The notes: generated by a model from the letters alone, not told the origin. DNA of 64,000 bases from Candidatus Parcubacteria bacterium (GCA_019661865.1 JAIFWJ010000003.1:15441-79440), one strand, 5' to 3'. Positions 18,657 through 29,500 are shown, counted from the first letter of the stretch. Numbers and translations are program-made.

Positions 18657-19910
18657 TTACTTCCAAGTAATGTTGCGACTAAAGATACTACTATAGACAG
18701 CACCTGAAAGCCAGATAGGAACTATAAACATATAAAGCAAGAAGTAGTACACAACTTCTCTACCTGGACGAGTCTTGTAAGCGATCTTGTAGGCATAGAA
18801 TAAGATAATCACCGAGAGGAGAAGAGCAGTTCCGCCTAGAAACATTACTGACCCAGTGTTCCAGAAATACCAGTCGAAATGGAAGCTGGGTAAGTGGAAA
18901 CTCCAATTAATAGCTTTGTATTTAGAAAATGTTTTTAAGATTTTATCTCCAATGCCCCAGACAAGATTTCCCGCAGCGAAGATGGTAGAGAAGATAGATA
19001 CAGTGGCGACAGGAAGGATAAATATTCCAATGTTTCCGTATTTATTATTGAAGTACATATCTTTATAGTCGACTGCATTTTTCAAGAAGCCATATGTCCA
19101 GCGACGACGCTGCTTGTAAAGCTCAGAGAGTTTCGGCGGAGTAATGGTGTACACTTGCGCAGCTACAGAGTTAACAATCTTGTATCCATTCTTCTGCATT
19201 CTGAGGGCAAGCTCCATGTCTTCTGTATTGTGAGCATGCTTATAACCGCCTAGCTCTCGAAAAACTCTTGTTCTAAATATTGAGAATGGTCCCGGAGTCA
19301 CATATAGGGCGTTTATCTTCGAGAGCATTCTGCGCATAAATATCCCCCAGCTGTATTCAGCTTTCTGCATTAGTTGTAAAAGGTTTTTTGGTTCATGAAC
19401 CTTTATGGACGGTGTGACAGCCATGATCTCAGAGTCGGTGAAGTAGGGTACGATTTTCAGAAGTGCTTGTGAGTCTACGAATGAGTCTGCATCAAGACAT
19501 CCTACTAGATCACTCTCGACATGAGTCAATGCGAAGTTAAGAGCTGTGTATTTACCGCCATTTTCTTTCTTAAAAATTCTTATTTGAGAGTTATCTCTGT
19601 AATTATCCAATGCTCCTTGGGTATTGTCTGTGGAACCATCATCTACCACTATGAGAGAGAATTTATCTCTCGGATAATCTAATGCGAGGAGTGAGTCTAG
19701 GGTAGCTTTAACGGTGATCTCTTCATTGAAACAAGGCACAATTACGGTAACAGTAGGAAAATCTTTTATATCGTGACCGAAGTGTTCTTCTTCAAACTTG
19801 AGCTCGTCACGGACCTCGAAGTAAGTGATAAGTAGAAAGACCTCGAAGAAGAGGGAGATGAAAAGTGAGGTATAAAGTATTACTTCTTGTAGGGCCATGA
19901 GTAGAGCCAT
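18657..19910 (-). CDS. Processive GT2 glycosyltransferase (PgaC/IcaA/cellulose-synthase-like)
   Basis: DDGSTD, DADS, TED and QRRRW motifs; TM helices on both sides. Confidence 0.9.
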   Translation of the reverse strand: MALLMALQEVILYTSLFISLFFEVFLLITYFEVRDELKFEEEHFGHDIKDFPTVTVIVPCFNEEITVKATLDSLLALDYPRDKFSLIVVDDGSTDNTQGALDNYRDNSQIRIFKKENGGKYTALNFALTHVESDLVGCLDADSFVDSQALLKIVPYFTDSEIMAVTPSIKVHEPKNLLQLMQKAEYSWGIFMRRMLSKINALYVTPGPFSIFRTRVFRELGGYKHAHNTEDMELALRMQKNGYKIVNSVAAQVYTITPPKLSELYKQRRRWTYGFLKNAVDYKDMYFNNKYGNIGIFILPVATVSIFSTIFAAGNLVWGIGDKILKTFSKYKAINWSFHLPSFHFDWYFWNTGSVMFLGGTALLLSVIILFYAYKIAYKTRPGREVVYYFLLYMFIVPIWLSGAVYSSIFSRNITWK

Positions 19911-19962
19911 ATAATAATGAATTTCTTAGACTTTTTCAAGATTTCTCGTATAATCAGTCTCT

Positions 19963-21108
19963 ATGACTAAGACGTATCTGGTGCCTCTAGACCAACAGGA
20001 GAAACTCCTAAGCGATCTTAAGAAGAGGACAGACCCTGAGGCTCCACGTATCAAGAGGTATCTTTCCATGCCCGACCTCTCTAGGACTTCTGGTAGTCCT
20101 ATTAGAGAAATGGTTACTAGAATCCTTGCTGAGCCAGAGTTTAAAGATTTCGATGTTATAAAGACACCAGAGGTAGTGCCGGCTGACATATCCTTCGACC
20201 TCTTCGACTTTCCAGCTGAACATCCAGCCAGGAGCAAGTCCGACACCTATTATGTAGACGATAAAAACATTCTCCGCACCCACACGACCGTAATGTGGTA
20301 CTACTATTTGAAAGAGCCTGAGGTCAAAGCTCGGATGGATAAGGGAGAGCCTGTTGGTTGTTTCTCTTTCGGCAAAGTTTATAGAAAGGATGAGATCGAT
20401 AGGAACCACATGAACGTCTTTCACCAGCTTGATGGTTGGTATTTGGCTCCTAAGGACAAAGAGAAAATTGGTACAGAAGAATTACAGAAAGTGCTCATGT
20501 CCATAGCCAAGGCTGTATTCGGTGACAATGTAAAGGGGAGATTTAACCCGGATACATTCCCATACACTGACCCGTCATTAGAAATGGAGGTGGACAAAGA
20601 TGGTAAGTGGGTTGAGGTTCTGGGTAGTGGAGTGGTGAAGGGGAGCGTCCTTCGGAAGTTTGGAGTGGATTCAAGCAAGTGGAATGGTTGGGCATTCGGC
20701 TTCGGACTTGAGAGACTTGCCATAGTCTCTATGGAGTTACCCGATATAAGACTTCTCTGGTCCGAAGATGAGCGCGTGAAGAAACAACTTCAGCTCGGAC
20801 ACAAGTACAAGGAAGTAAGTAAGTTCCCGCCAGTCATCCGAGACATTTCCTTCACTGTAGACAATCAGAGCTTCGTCTTGAATGACTACTTCGACGCTAT
20901 ACGAGATATCGGTGGAGACTTGGTGGAGGAAGTGGAGCTCTTGGACAAATATGAAAATAAAGAAAAGTTCGGAGATAAGACTAGTTACACTTTCCGCATT
21001 ACATACAGAAGCATACATAAAACTCTTACGAATGAAGAAGTAAATAAACTCCATGCCGATGTGGAAGAGATGACAAAGCAAGACTACAAAGGAGAAATAC
21101 GAATATGA
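19963..21108 (+). CDS. pheS: Single-chain phenylalanine--tRNA ligase (alpha catalytic domain fused to FDX-ACB anticodon-binding domain)
   Basis: HPARSKSDTYY, LRTHTT, YRKDEIDRNH, FPYTDPS.E, WAFGFGLERLA, then SKFPPVIRDISF...YRS..KTLTNEEV. Confidence 0.92.
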   Translation: MTKTYLVPLDQQEKLLSDLKKRTDPEAPRIKRYLSMPDLSRTSGSPIREMVTRILAEPEFKDFDVIKTPEVVPADISFDLFDFPAEHPARSKSDTYYVDDKNILRTHTTVMWYYYLKEPEVKARMDKGEPVGCFSFGKVYRKDEIDRNHMNVFHQLDGWYLAPKDKEKIGTEELQKVLMSIAKAVFGDNVKGRFNPDTFPYTDPSLEMEVDKDGKWVEVLGSGVVKGSVLRKFGVDSSKWNGWAFGFGLERLAIVSMELPDIRLLWSEDERVKKQLQLGHKYKEVSKFPPVIRDISFTVDNQSFVLNDYFDAIRDIGGDLVEEVELLDKYENKEKFGDKTSYTFRITYRSIHKTLTNEEVNKLHADVEEMTKQDYKGEIRI

Positions 21109-21698
21109 CCTGGATATATAGAGTAGGCTTAAGTACTGATGAGATTAGCGAAGAAGCCCTGAAAAGATCAGGGCTCCATTTCACTAGAGTTAATCCAAGA
21201 GAGATCATTGTCACACTAGCAAATGAGCTCATTGGAGTTCCATATAAGTTTGGGTCCTCTGTTCTGAAAGATAGTCCAAATTCTTTTGATTGTTCGTCGT
21301 TCGCGGCATACTTATACGTATGTGCGGGTATGGCAATACCCAGAATTTGCAATGATCAATATAATTTTGGAAAAGAGGTTTCTGAAGCCGAAGCACAGCC
21401 GGGAGATCTAGTGTTTTTCAAGGGGCAACGTACTGACATTCCTCCAAGTATTGTAGGCCATGAGGGTGTGTATATCGGCGATGGTGAAATGATACAAGCT
21501 GGTGGTTTCGACATGGGGTACGGAAAAGTTGTCAAAGAAAAGGTTCAAGAATCAAAGTACTTCTCGACAGGATTTTTAGGATATAGATGCTTGATTACTG
21601 ACAACAAAGAAAGATTTGTAATTGAGATTCCGGAAGATAGGCCAGAATTGAGAGAAAAGAAGAACCTTATTGCAGAACTTAGTAAAGTCAGGCTATGA
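21105..21698 (+). CDS. NlpC/P60 family cysteine peptidase
   Basis: PYKFG, FDCSSF, PGDLVFF, GHEGVYIG. Confidence 0.88.
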   Translation: MTWIYRVGLSTDEISEEALKRSGLHFTRVNPREIIVTLANELIGVPYKFGSSVLKDSPNSFDCSSFAAYLYVCAGMAIPRICNDQYNFGKEVSEAEAQPGDLVFFKGQRTDIPPSIVGHEGVYIGDGEMIQAGGFDMGYGKVVKEKVQESKYFSTGFLGYRCLITDNKERFVIEIPEDRPELREKKNLIAELSKVRL

Positions 21699-21705
21699 TT
21701 GAAAT

Positions 21706-22326
21706 ATGGAAGAGGATAGAAGAAAAAGGGAGGAGCATATGGTGACGGTGAAGACAATTCTCCCCGTACCATACGTCTCGCAATACTCCATAGGTCGTGA
21801 CTCAGACGGGCTCTCTAGAGCCTGTGGTGCTGCATGTGTGAAGATGGTTCTAGACTACCGCACAGGGCTCGATAACGACTTCCACTCGATCTTACGTGAG
21901 GGCCAGACCATACGCGGTGCTTATATATCTGGTATAGGTTGGTCACACATGGGACTAACTGCACTTCTTCGTAATCACAATGTGGGTTCATATGCGGAAG
22001 AGTTTAGGGCTATAGATGTAGATACTAGGAATCAGGAGTTTAGACCTTCTACGTTTGAACCGGGTCATGTGGAGAGAGGTATGCAGAAGATCGCGGGAAA
22101 AATCCTGGAGTGGAAGCAGCCAGTCATCGTCTCTGCTATTAAGAACTGGAAGGAGAAAGATAAACCACATGATGTAGTAGTGGTAGGGGTAGAGAAAGAT
22201 GGAGACAGGATCACGGGATTCTTCTATCATGACCCTGACGACGAGTCTGAGCCCGGAGCAAACAGATTTGTAGATAAAGAGACCTTCCGCACATACTGGC
22301 GCAAGTTTGCAATTTTCATAGATTAG
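21706..22326 (+). CDS. C39-like papain-fold cysteine peptidase
   Basis: VPYVSQ...ACGAAC.KM (Cys), PHDVVVVG (His), YHDP (Asp). Confidence 0.8.
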   Translation: MEEDRRKREEHMVTVKTILPVPYVSQYSIGRDSDGLSRACGAACVKMVLDYRTGLDNDFHSILREGQTIRGAYISGIGWSHMGLTALLRNHNVGSYAEEFRAIDVDTRNQEFRPSTFEPGHVERGMQKIAGKILEWKQPVIVSAIKNWKEKDKPHDVVVVGVEKDGDRITGFFYHDPDDESEPGANRFVDKETFRTYWRKFAIFID

Positions 22327-22415
22327 AGGTTAAAAAGTGGCTCTGTTAAGCCATTAAATGGGCACATTTCGGCTATCTTTTTAACCTTAAATTTGCTATA
22401 ATTATGAGTACAAAA

Positions 22416-24503
22416 ATGGCCAAAGAAGCAGAGAAAAAGCGAGAAAAGAAGGGTAGTAATCCTCACTCATACAACGCAGAATCCATCACCGTCCTGGAAG
22501 GACTAGACCCAGTCAGAAAGCGTCCAGGCATGTACATTGGTACCACTGGCCCTGAGGGTCTCCACCACTTAGTATGGGAGATTTTCGATAACTCCAGAGA
22601 CGAGGCCATGGGTGGATTCGCGAATGATATCGAAGTGGCACTCTTGCCAGACAATAAAATCCGCGTGGTAGATAATGGTCGAGGTATACCGGTAGATATC
22701 CATAAACAAACTAAAGTTTCTGCGCTCGAAACTATCATGACTACACTCCATGCTGGAGGTAAGTTCGGAGGTGAAGGATATAAAGTCTCCGGAGGTCTAC
22801 ACGGAGTGGGTGCATCTGTAGTGAATGCACTTTCTACATATGCTCGTGCAGAAGTACACAAGGACGGAGGAGTATATGTGCAAGAGTACTCCATAGGTAA
22901 GCGTAAATCCGCTGTGAAAAAAGTTGGTAATACCAAGCGGGAAGGAACCATAATTACATTCCAACCAGATCCTGGAATATTTCCAGATACAACATTCGAC
23001 TTCGAGCGTATAGTGAACCATCTACGCCAGCAGGCATACTTGGTGAAGAAAATGAGGATCACAATCATCGATGCTCGTGAGGCAGGAAAGTTAGATGACA
23101 CCGATACTTTCTATATCCGTGACCTTGAGCTAGAAGTGCCATCACAGACCTTCTACTTCGAGGGGGGTTTAGTTTCTCTAGTGCGCTTCGAGAACTCACA
23201 TGAGAAGCCGATACATAAAAATATTTTCTATGTGGAGAAGGCCACAAACGGCAATGAATATGAGACAGTAGAAGTGGCTCTTCAGTATGTAGACGACATT
23301 TCTTCAAGAGTGCTTCCATTTGCAAATAATATTTATAACTCTGAGGGTGGCACACATGTCACCGGGTTTAAGACTGCACTCACCAGAACCTTGAACTCGT
23401 ATGCTCGTAAGAATAACCTAGTCTCTGAGAAGGAAGACAATTTCACTGGAGATGATGCACTGGAGGGACTGACAGCAGTCATCTCTATCAAACTTCGTGA
23501 GATCCAGTTCGAAGGACAGACTAAGGGGAAACTCGGGAGCGTAGAAGCCCAGAGTATGGTAGCAACTATATTCGGTGATGCCTTCTCAACATTTCTTGAG
23601 GAGAATCCTGACGATGCTAAAGCAATTATAAATAAAGTTGTCCTTGCTCTTAAGGCGCGCAAGGCCGCTAAGGCTGCCAAGGACTCTGTGTTACGTAAGG
23701 GCGCACTTGAAGGTATGACTCTTCCGGGTAAGCTTGCAGATTGCGAGAGCAAGTCCGCAGAAGACTCGGAGCTCTTCATAGTGGAGGGAGACTCAGCAGG
23801 TGGTACTGCTAAACAAGGTAGAGACAGAAGGACTCAAGCCATACTGCCACTCCGAGGAAAAATATTAAACATCGAGCGTGCACGACTTGATAAAATGCTC
23901 GGCAGTGAACAGATTAAGAATCTTGTCATAGCTATGGGTACTGCCATAGGAGACACATTTGATATTGAGAAACTTCGTTACCATAAAATAATTCTTGCCA
24001 CCGATGCAGACGTTGACGGTGCGCACATCCGTACACTACTTCTTACACTTCTGTACAGACATTTCAGACCGATCATTGATGGTGGTTTCGTCTACATTGC
24101 GCAACCTCCACTCTATAAGATTAAGAAAGGTAAAGAGATTCTTTATGCATACTCTGATGAAGAGCGCGATAGGAAAGTCGGCAAGGATATGAAGATAGAA
24201 GATATTTCTGATGAGCCACAAGAAGATGTACAGAATGCAAACGAAGACCAGGTTGAAGGAGAGGTCAAGGAGAAGAGTAAAACCCAAAAGGTCTCTATCC
24301 AACGCTACAAAGGTCTAGGAGAGATGAACTCAGATGAGCTCTGGGAGACTACCATGGACCCCAAGGTGCGTCTCTTGAAGCAGGTAAATGTAGAAGATGC
24401 TCGTGAAGCGGACAAAGTCTTCGACATCCTCATGGGTACCGATGTGCCATCCAGAAAGTCCTTCATTCAGTCAAACGCCAAGAAAGCCACTCTTGACGTA
24501 TAA
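22416..24503 (+). CDS. gyrB: DNA gyrase subunit B
   Basis: VRKRPGMYIG, GGLHGVG, VEGDSAGG, TDADVDG, QRYKGLGEM; alternative start at 22404. Confidence 0.97.
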   Translation: MAKEAEKKREKKGSNPHSYNAESITVLEGLDPVRKRPGMYIGTTGPEGLHHLVWEIFDNSRDEAMGGFANDIEVALLPDNKIRVVDNGRGIPVDIHKQTKVSALETIMTTLHAGGKFGGEGYKVSGGLHGVGASVVNALSTYARAEVHKDGGVYVQEYSIGKRKSAVKKVGNTKREGTIITFQPDPGIFPDTTFDFERIVNHLRQQAYLVKKMRITIIDAREAGKLDDTDTFYIRDLELEVPSQTFYFEGGLVSLVRFENSHEKPIHKNIFYVEKATNGNEYETVEVALQYVDDISSRVLPFANNIYNSEGGTHVTGFKTALTRTLNSYARKNNLVSEKEDNFTGDDALEGLTAVISIKLREIQFEGQTKGKLGSVEAQSMVATIFGDAFSTFLEENPDDAKAIINKVVLALKARKAAKAAKDSVLRKGALEGMTLPGKLADCESKSAEDSELFIVEGDSAGGTAKQGRDRRTQAILPLRGKILNIERARLDKMLGSEQIKNLVIAMGTAIGDTFDIEKLRYHKIILATDADVDGAHIRTLLLTLLYRHFRPIIDGGFVYIAQPPLYKIKKGKEILYAYSDEERDRKVGKDMKIEDISDEPQEDVQNANEDQVEGEVKEKSKTQKVSIQRYKGLGEMNSDELWETTMDPKVRLLKQVNVEDAREADKVFDILMGTDVPSRKSFIQSNAKKATLDV

Positions 24504-24549
24504 GTTGTAGGTGTTAATAAGTATAGAGACCAAGTGCTAGAGAGGCCTT

Positions 24550-24738
24550 ATGCCTGGTAAATGCGAGCTGACATGCTCGATCTGTTTCCAGATCTTCCCA
24601 GTTCTTACCAACTTTCGGGAATGTAACACCATTGCATGCCCTATTCCAGAAGCGGTAAAGAGGCGAACTTTTCCATATACTTTTCCATATACGAAGGACT
24701 TCGCCACTATGGAGATCATTCCTCAAAACGAGCCATAA
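24550..24738 (+). CDS. Small Cys-rich orphan protein, stand-alone unit
   Basis: AGAGG SD; terminator AAAACGAGC/GCTCGTTTT at 24725-24751 with the stop in its loop; five Cys. Confidence 0.5.
   Translation: MPGKCELTCSICFQIFPVLTNFRECNTIACPIPEAVKRRTFPYTFPYTKDFATMEIIPQNEP
24667..24692 (+). repeat. Tandem 12-bp duplication ACTTTTCCATAT x2
   Basis: Read directly; in frame, giving TFPYTFPYT. Confidence 0.9.
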
Positions 24739-24750
24739 ATCAGCTCGTTT

Positions 24751-25980
24751 TTATTTTTTCTCTAAAATTTCTTTTTTTAATTTCGATATCAGTTCGTCTA
24801 CAGAGACAGTTTCTTTCTTATCATCACGGCTCTCTAGAGTAAGTTTCTTCTCCAGAACTTCCTTGTCACCAAGCACAACTGCATAAGGAACCTTCTCAGT
24901 CTTAAAGTTTCTAACTTTCTTTCCAAGGGTCTCATTTGAATCATCGAGTTCGAATCTAATACCTTCTTGTCGGAGTCTCTCGGAAACTTCTTTGGCATAT
25001 TCAAGATGCTTATCACTTATGGGTAAGATCTTTACCTGTACAGGTGAGAACCAAAGAGGGAAGGCGCCGGCATACTTCTCTATAAGAAATGCCATGATGC
25101 GCTCTATGGCACCGATTGAGGAGCGATGAATTACAAAGGCTCTGTGTTCCTTACCATCCTCGCCTATATATTTGAGGTCGAATCTATCTGGCATGCAGAA
25201 GTCATACTGGACGGTGAAAGCCGTGTCCTCCTTATCATTTACATTTTTCATCTGTACATCAATCTTGGGTCCATAGAATGCTGCTTCTCCCTTAGCTTCC
25301 TCAAACTCGCTACCGCGCTTCTTCATAAGTTTTCTCAATAGATCCTCACCCTTTTCCCATGCAGCATCATTCTTGTAATACTTTTCTGTATCACTTCTGT
25401 CTCCAAGTGAGAGTCTAAATCTATAATCCTCATTTAATTTAAGTCCGAAGACCCCGGCTATGTATTCTATAAGATCCAAGGCGTTACTGATCTCGTCCAT
25501 GGCCTGCTCTTCAGAAGCACAGATAATATGCGCATCGGCTAGACAGAATGTGCGGACACGCTGGAGTCCCATAAGTTCGCCCGACTGCTCGTATCGGTAG
25601 AGTTGGGCCAATTCTGCAATACGCATAGGAAGTTCTCTATACGAGCGAGGTTTCGACAGGTATAGCTCGAAGTGGTGCGGGCAGGTCATAGGACGGAGCA
25701 TAAACTCCTCGTCATCTATCACGATAGGCGCGTACATCGAGTCTTTGTAGTGTGGGTAATGCCCTGATTTCTTGTATAGGTCGAGCTTGGCAATGTCCGG
25801 AGTCTTCACATGGAGGTATCCACGCTTCAGCTCCTCATCGACAATAAATCTCTCAAGTTCTCGGCGCATTGTTGCGCCTTTAGGGAGAAATAGTGGGAGA
25901 CCTTTGCCTACGGTGTCTGAAAAAGTGAATAATTCTAGCTCACGTCCTAGTTTCTTATGGTCTCTTTCGTCTGGATTCAT
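24751..25980 (-). CDS. thrS: Threonine--tRNA ligase lacking the N-terminal editing domain
   Basis: Starts at RDHKKLG; RPMTCPHH, AFYGPKID, IHRS; 409 aa. Confidence 0.96.
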   Translation of the reverse strand: MNPDERDHKKLGRELELFTFSDTVGKGLPLFLPKGATMRRELERFIVDEELKRGYLHVKTPDIAKLDLYKKSGHYPHYKDSMYAPIVIDDEEFMLRPMTCPHHFELYLSKPRSYRELPMRIAELAQLYRYEQSGELMGLQRVRTFCLADAHIICASEEQAMDEISNALDLIEYIAGVFGLKLNEDYRFRLSLGDRSDTEKYYKNDAAWEKGEDLLRKLMKKRGSEFEEAKGEAAFYGPKIDVQMKNVNDKEDTAFTVQYDFCMPDRFDLKYIGEDGKEHRAFVIHRSSIGAIERIMAFLIEKYAGAFPLWFSPVQVKILPISDKHLEYAKEVSERLRQEGIRFELDDSNETLGKKVRNFKTEKVPYAVVLGDKEVLEKKLTLESRDDKKETVSVDELISKLKKEILEKK

Positions 25981-26065
25981 AAGGAGAGTTTATCAGCAAA
26001 ATTTATGGTTGACCACTACTTTGAGCCCGTGATTTAATGGAGAAAGACCACACATTTGAGGGAAA

Positions 26066-26524
26066 ATGCGCATAGATTACACGAGGTTCCCCAATGTGGA
26101 ACCGAAGGGTACATTCGTGGATCAAAGGGAGATCATCAAGATATTTGCTGACATCCTGGAGTATGAGCCATCGGTGCCCAATGGGTTCAAGGCATACATC
26201 ATGCTCGCTGAGGATAAAAATTCTCAAAGAACTGGAGTTTTACTCCTTCCCAACCAATGCAAAAAGCAGGATGAAGCACGTGAGTTTGAAGTCCAGATGA
26301 CACCAGCTCACATGGTTGAAAAATTGGTCCAATGGGAAAGTGAGCGGTGGATTCGGTTCGATCCATCAGTGAACAAGGGTCACATCAAGGCATGGGAGAT
26401 ATGGTCTGTAGAAATTCCAATCCCTGAATCTGCCATAGTCAGTCGTGGCGCTATCGTATGGACCGCCTGGATGCGAGATCGTCGTCATACTCCTCGCGAA
26501 GGAGATTTGTCACCGAGTTCATGA
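26066..26524 (+). CDS. Orphan hypothetical protein, stand-alone unit
   Basis: TTGACC-N18-TTTAAT promoter, GAGGG SD, 20-bp palindrome ACCGAGTTCATGAACTCGGT at 26512-26531 spanning the stop, followed by a T tract. Confidence 0.7.
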   Translation: MRIDYTRFPNVEPKGTFVDQREIIKIFADILEYEPSVPNGFKAYIMLAEDKNSQRTGVLLLPNQCKKQDEAREFEVQMTPAHMVEKLVQWESERWIRFDPSVNKGHIKAWEIWSVEIPIPESAIVSRGAIVWTAWMRDRRHTPREGDLSPSS

Positions 26525-26541
26525 ACTCGGTTTTTATTTTG

Positions 26542-29500
26542 TTAAAGTGCTTTTATTTTTTCACCGAGGAGGGAGGTCTCACCGTTACGCTTAGAAATTC
26601 TGCCCTTCACTGCTATACAGTTATCAAGCATTACAAGCGATTTAAATTCCTCAAAGACTTTAGGAAAGAGTACCACATCTGCATGCCCAGTTCTGTCCTC
26701 AAGTTTAAGAAAGACCATTCTTTCATTACCTTTAGTCATCACATCACGGACTTCAGTTATAAGTCCTGCAATGACGCATGGATCATCCTTGTTACAATCT
26801 GCGAGCTTACCAATCTTTTGGTTTATTTTAGAAAGTTTTTCTTCATGTTCTTCCAATGGGTGGCCAGAAATATAAAGTCCCAAGAGCTCTTTCTCCCATA
26901 GTAACTTTTCTTTCTGTGTGGCTACTGGTGCGTCGACTAACCTAAGTGTAGGAAGTGTAGAAGTATCAGACATGAGACCGAAGAGAGAAGTCTGATTAGT
27001 CGGAGCGGTAGCATGCTCGCGATGATACGCTAGAAGATTGTCTAGATTAGCGATGAGCATGCCACGGTCACCGAACTCGTCTAGTGCCCCGGTCTTTATA
27101 AGCGACTCGAGAGACTTCTTATTAAGATTTTTGTCTTTCACTCGGTCTAAGAAATCTACTAGTGAGGTGAATCTCCCACCAGTTTTTCTTTCTTCGATGA
27201 TTGCAGTTGACACCCCTTGACCGAAGTTTTTAATAGTTACTAATCCAAAACGGATTTTATATGGATTTGGAGGATCGTTCACTACCGTGAATTGCGAGAA
27301 TGATTCATTTACAGATGGAGGTAATACATCTATGCCCATGCGTCTGCATTCATTGACCATGAGACCAATGGTGTCTACGTCGCCAGACTCAGCGGTGAGT
27401 ACGGAAGACATATAAATCTCAGGGAAGTTCGCCTTCAAGTATGCAGTGACGTATGCGATGTGACCGTAACTTGCAGCATGAGCTTTATTGAATCCGTATC
27501 CCTGAAATGGTACGAAGAGATTCCAAAGCGCTTCTGCCTTATCTTTCTCCATACCACCGTGCCTAATGCAACCTTCGACAAACATGATGTGCTGCTTTTT
27601 CATCTCTTCTGGAATCTTCTTGCCCACAGCCTTACGGAACTTATCTACTTCACCCCACGAGTATCCTGCTACCTCTATAGCAGTCATAAGAAGATCATCT
27701 TGATAGACCAGTACACCATAAGTGGTGTCTAAGTAATTCTTCATCTTAGGATGCATATAAGTGATGGGTTTAAGGCCATGCTTACGCAGAATGTATTCCT
27801 GGATATTATCCATTGGTCCAGGACGGTAAAGTGCCACCATAACATTAATGTCGTGTATGGTGGTGGGCTTGAGCTCCATAAGTGACTTCGTCATGCCGTC
27901 TCCATTGAGCTGGAATGTTCCTTCAGTCTCACCACGTGCAAGCATCTCAAATGTCTTCTTGTCGTCTATAGGTATATCCTCGAGATGTATTTCCTTGCCC
28001 TCGATCTTCTTTATGCGCTCGAATGCATCGGCAATTATGGATAGGTTTCGTATTCCCAGGAAATCAAACTTCAAGAGACCTGCTTCTTCTATGGAGTACA
28101 TATCATATTGAGTGATAATTTTTTTCTCACCTTTAGTATCGAATTGCAGAGGAGTATAGTCTGTCAAATTTGTAGGTGATATAACCACGCCAGCTGCGTG
28201 CACAGAGATATGTCTAGCATTGCCCTCAATCTTCTCTGCCATGTCTAATACAGTTTTGGCATCAGGATCGCTCTCGTACAACTTCTTAAGATCGGGATTC
28301 TCTCTATAAGCACGCTCTATGGTCATGGGGAAGCCTTGCGCACCAAGCGGAATTAACTTTGCAATCTGATCGCCTAATGCATAAGAAAAGCCCATAGCTC
28401 GTGCTACATCACGCACTGCACCTCTGGCCATCATAGTACCGAAGGTACCGATCTGGGCTACATGGTCTTCCCCATACTTCTGTCTTGCGTATTCGATAAC
28501 TTCATCACGCCTGTCGTCTGCAAAGTCCATGTCTATATCTGGTGGGGAGGGTCTGTCTGGGTTTAGGAAACGTTCGAACGGAAGATTGTATTCAAGGGGA
28601 TTTATATTTGTGATGCCTGCAAGGTAAGTTACGAGCGATCCGGCCACTGAACCTCTAACATTTGTAAGTATTCCGCTTTCATGTGCGAAGCGTAAGAGAT
28701 CAGAAACAACCAAGAAATATTTTGGATATCCTTTATCCTTTATAATTTTTAATTCATATTCTAATCTCTCTGTCACTTCCTTGGTTTCCTCAAGCTTTCT
28801 TCTGTCTAAGCCCTCTGTCACTATTTTTCTTAAAGCTTCGTCAGGAGTTGGACTACCTAAATCAATATCAGGAAACACCCATTTGCCAAGTTCGAGTTTC
28901 AAATTGCACATATTTACAACTTTCTCCACATTCTTTAGTGCCTCGGGTAGATCTTTGAAATCTTTCAACATTTGTCTAGGAGATCTAAACGAGAGATCCT
29001 CTTCTTCATCGTTAAATGATGAATTATCACTGCTTAAGATGTGGGTCTGGATAGAGAGGAGAGTATCTCGAGCGGGCTTATCTTCTGGCTTTATATAATA
29101 GATGTCATGGCCAGCAATGATTGGTGTCTCAGTAGACCGGGCAAACTTAACTAGTGATTCCATCTTGTCATCATGCCCCGCAATCTCAGGATGGCGGGTG
29201 ATCTCCAGGTAGAAGTGATCAAGACCGAAAGTCTTTTTATACCATTCAAGAGTCTGTCCGGCTTTATCTGTATCCTCGAGCCCGAGGGACTTCACTACTT
29301 CGCCATTCATAGATGGCATGATAGCAATGAGACCTTCGTGGAATTTTTCCAATAGTTCTCTGTCTACTCTAGGACGGTAATAAAAACCTTCTATATATGA
29401 AGCAGTAACGAGTTTTAATAAATTTTTATAACCTATCTCATTTTCAACCAGAAGCACTAGGCGCGAGCGGATAGAGTCTATCCGGGCCTCCTTATCATGA

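Noticed and set aside
22337-22356. GGCTTAA-containing motif upstream of gyrB, rplY and khpA as an operator
   Set aside because: Too short and inconsistently positioned to support without statistics.
22463-23779. Long antisense ORFs inside gyrB (similar ones inside smc, rpoB, rpoC, dnaG and uppP)
   Set aside because: Shadow frames of conserved genes with no motifs or expression signals.
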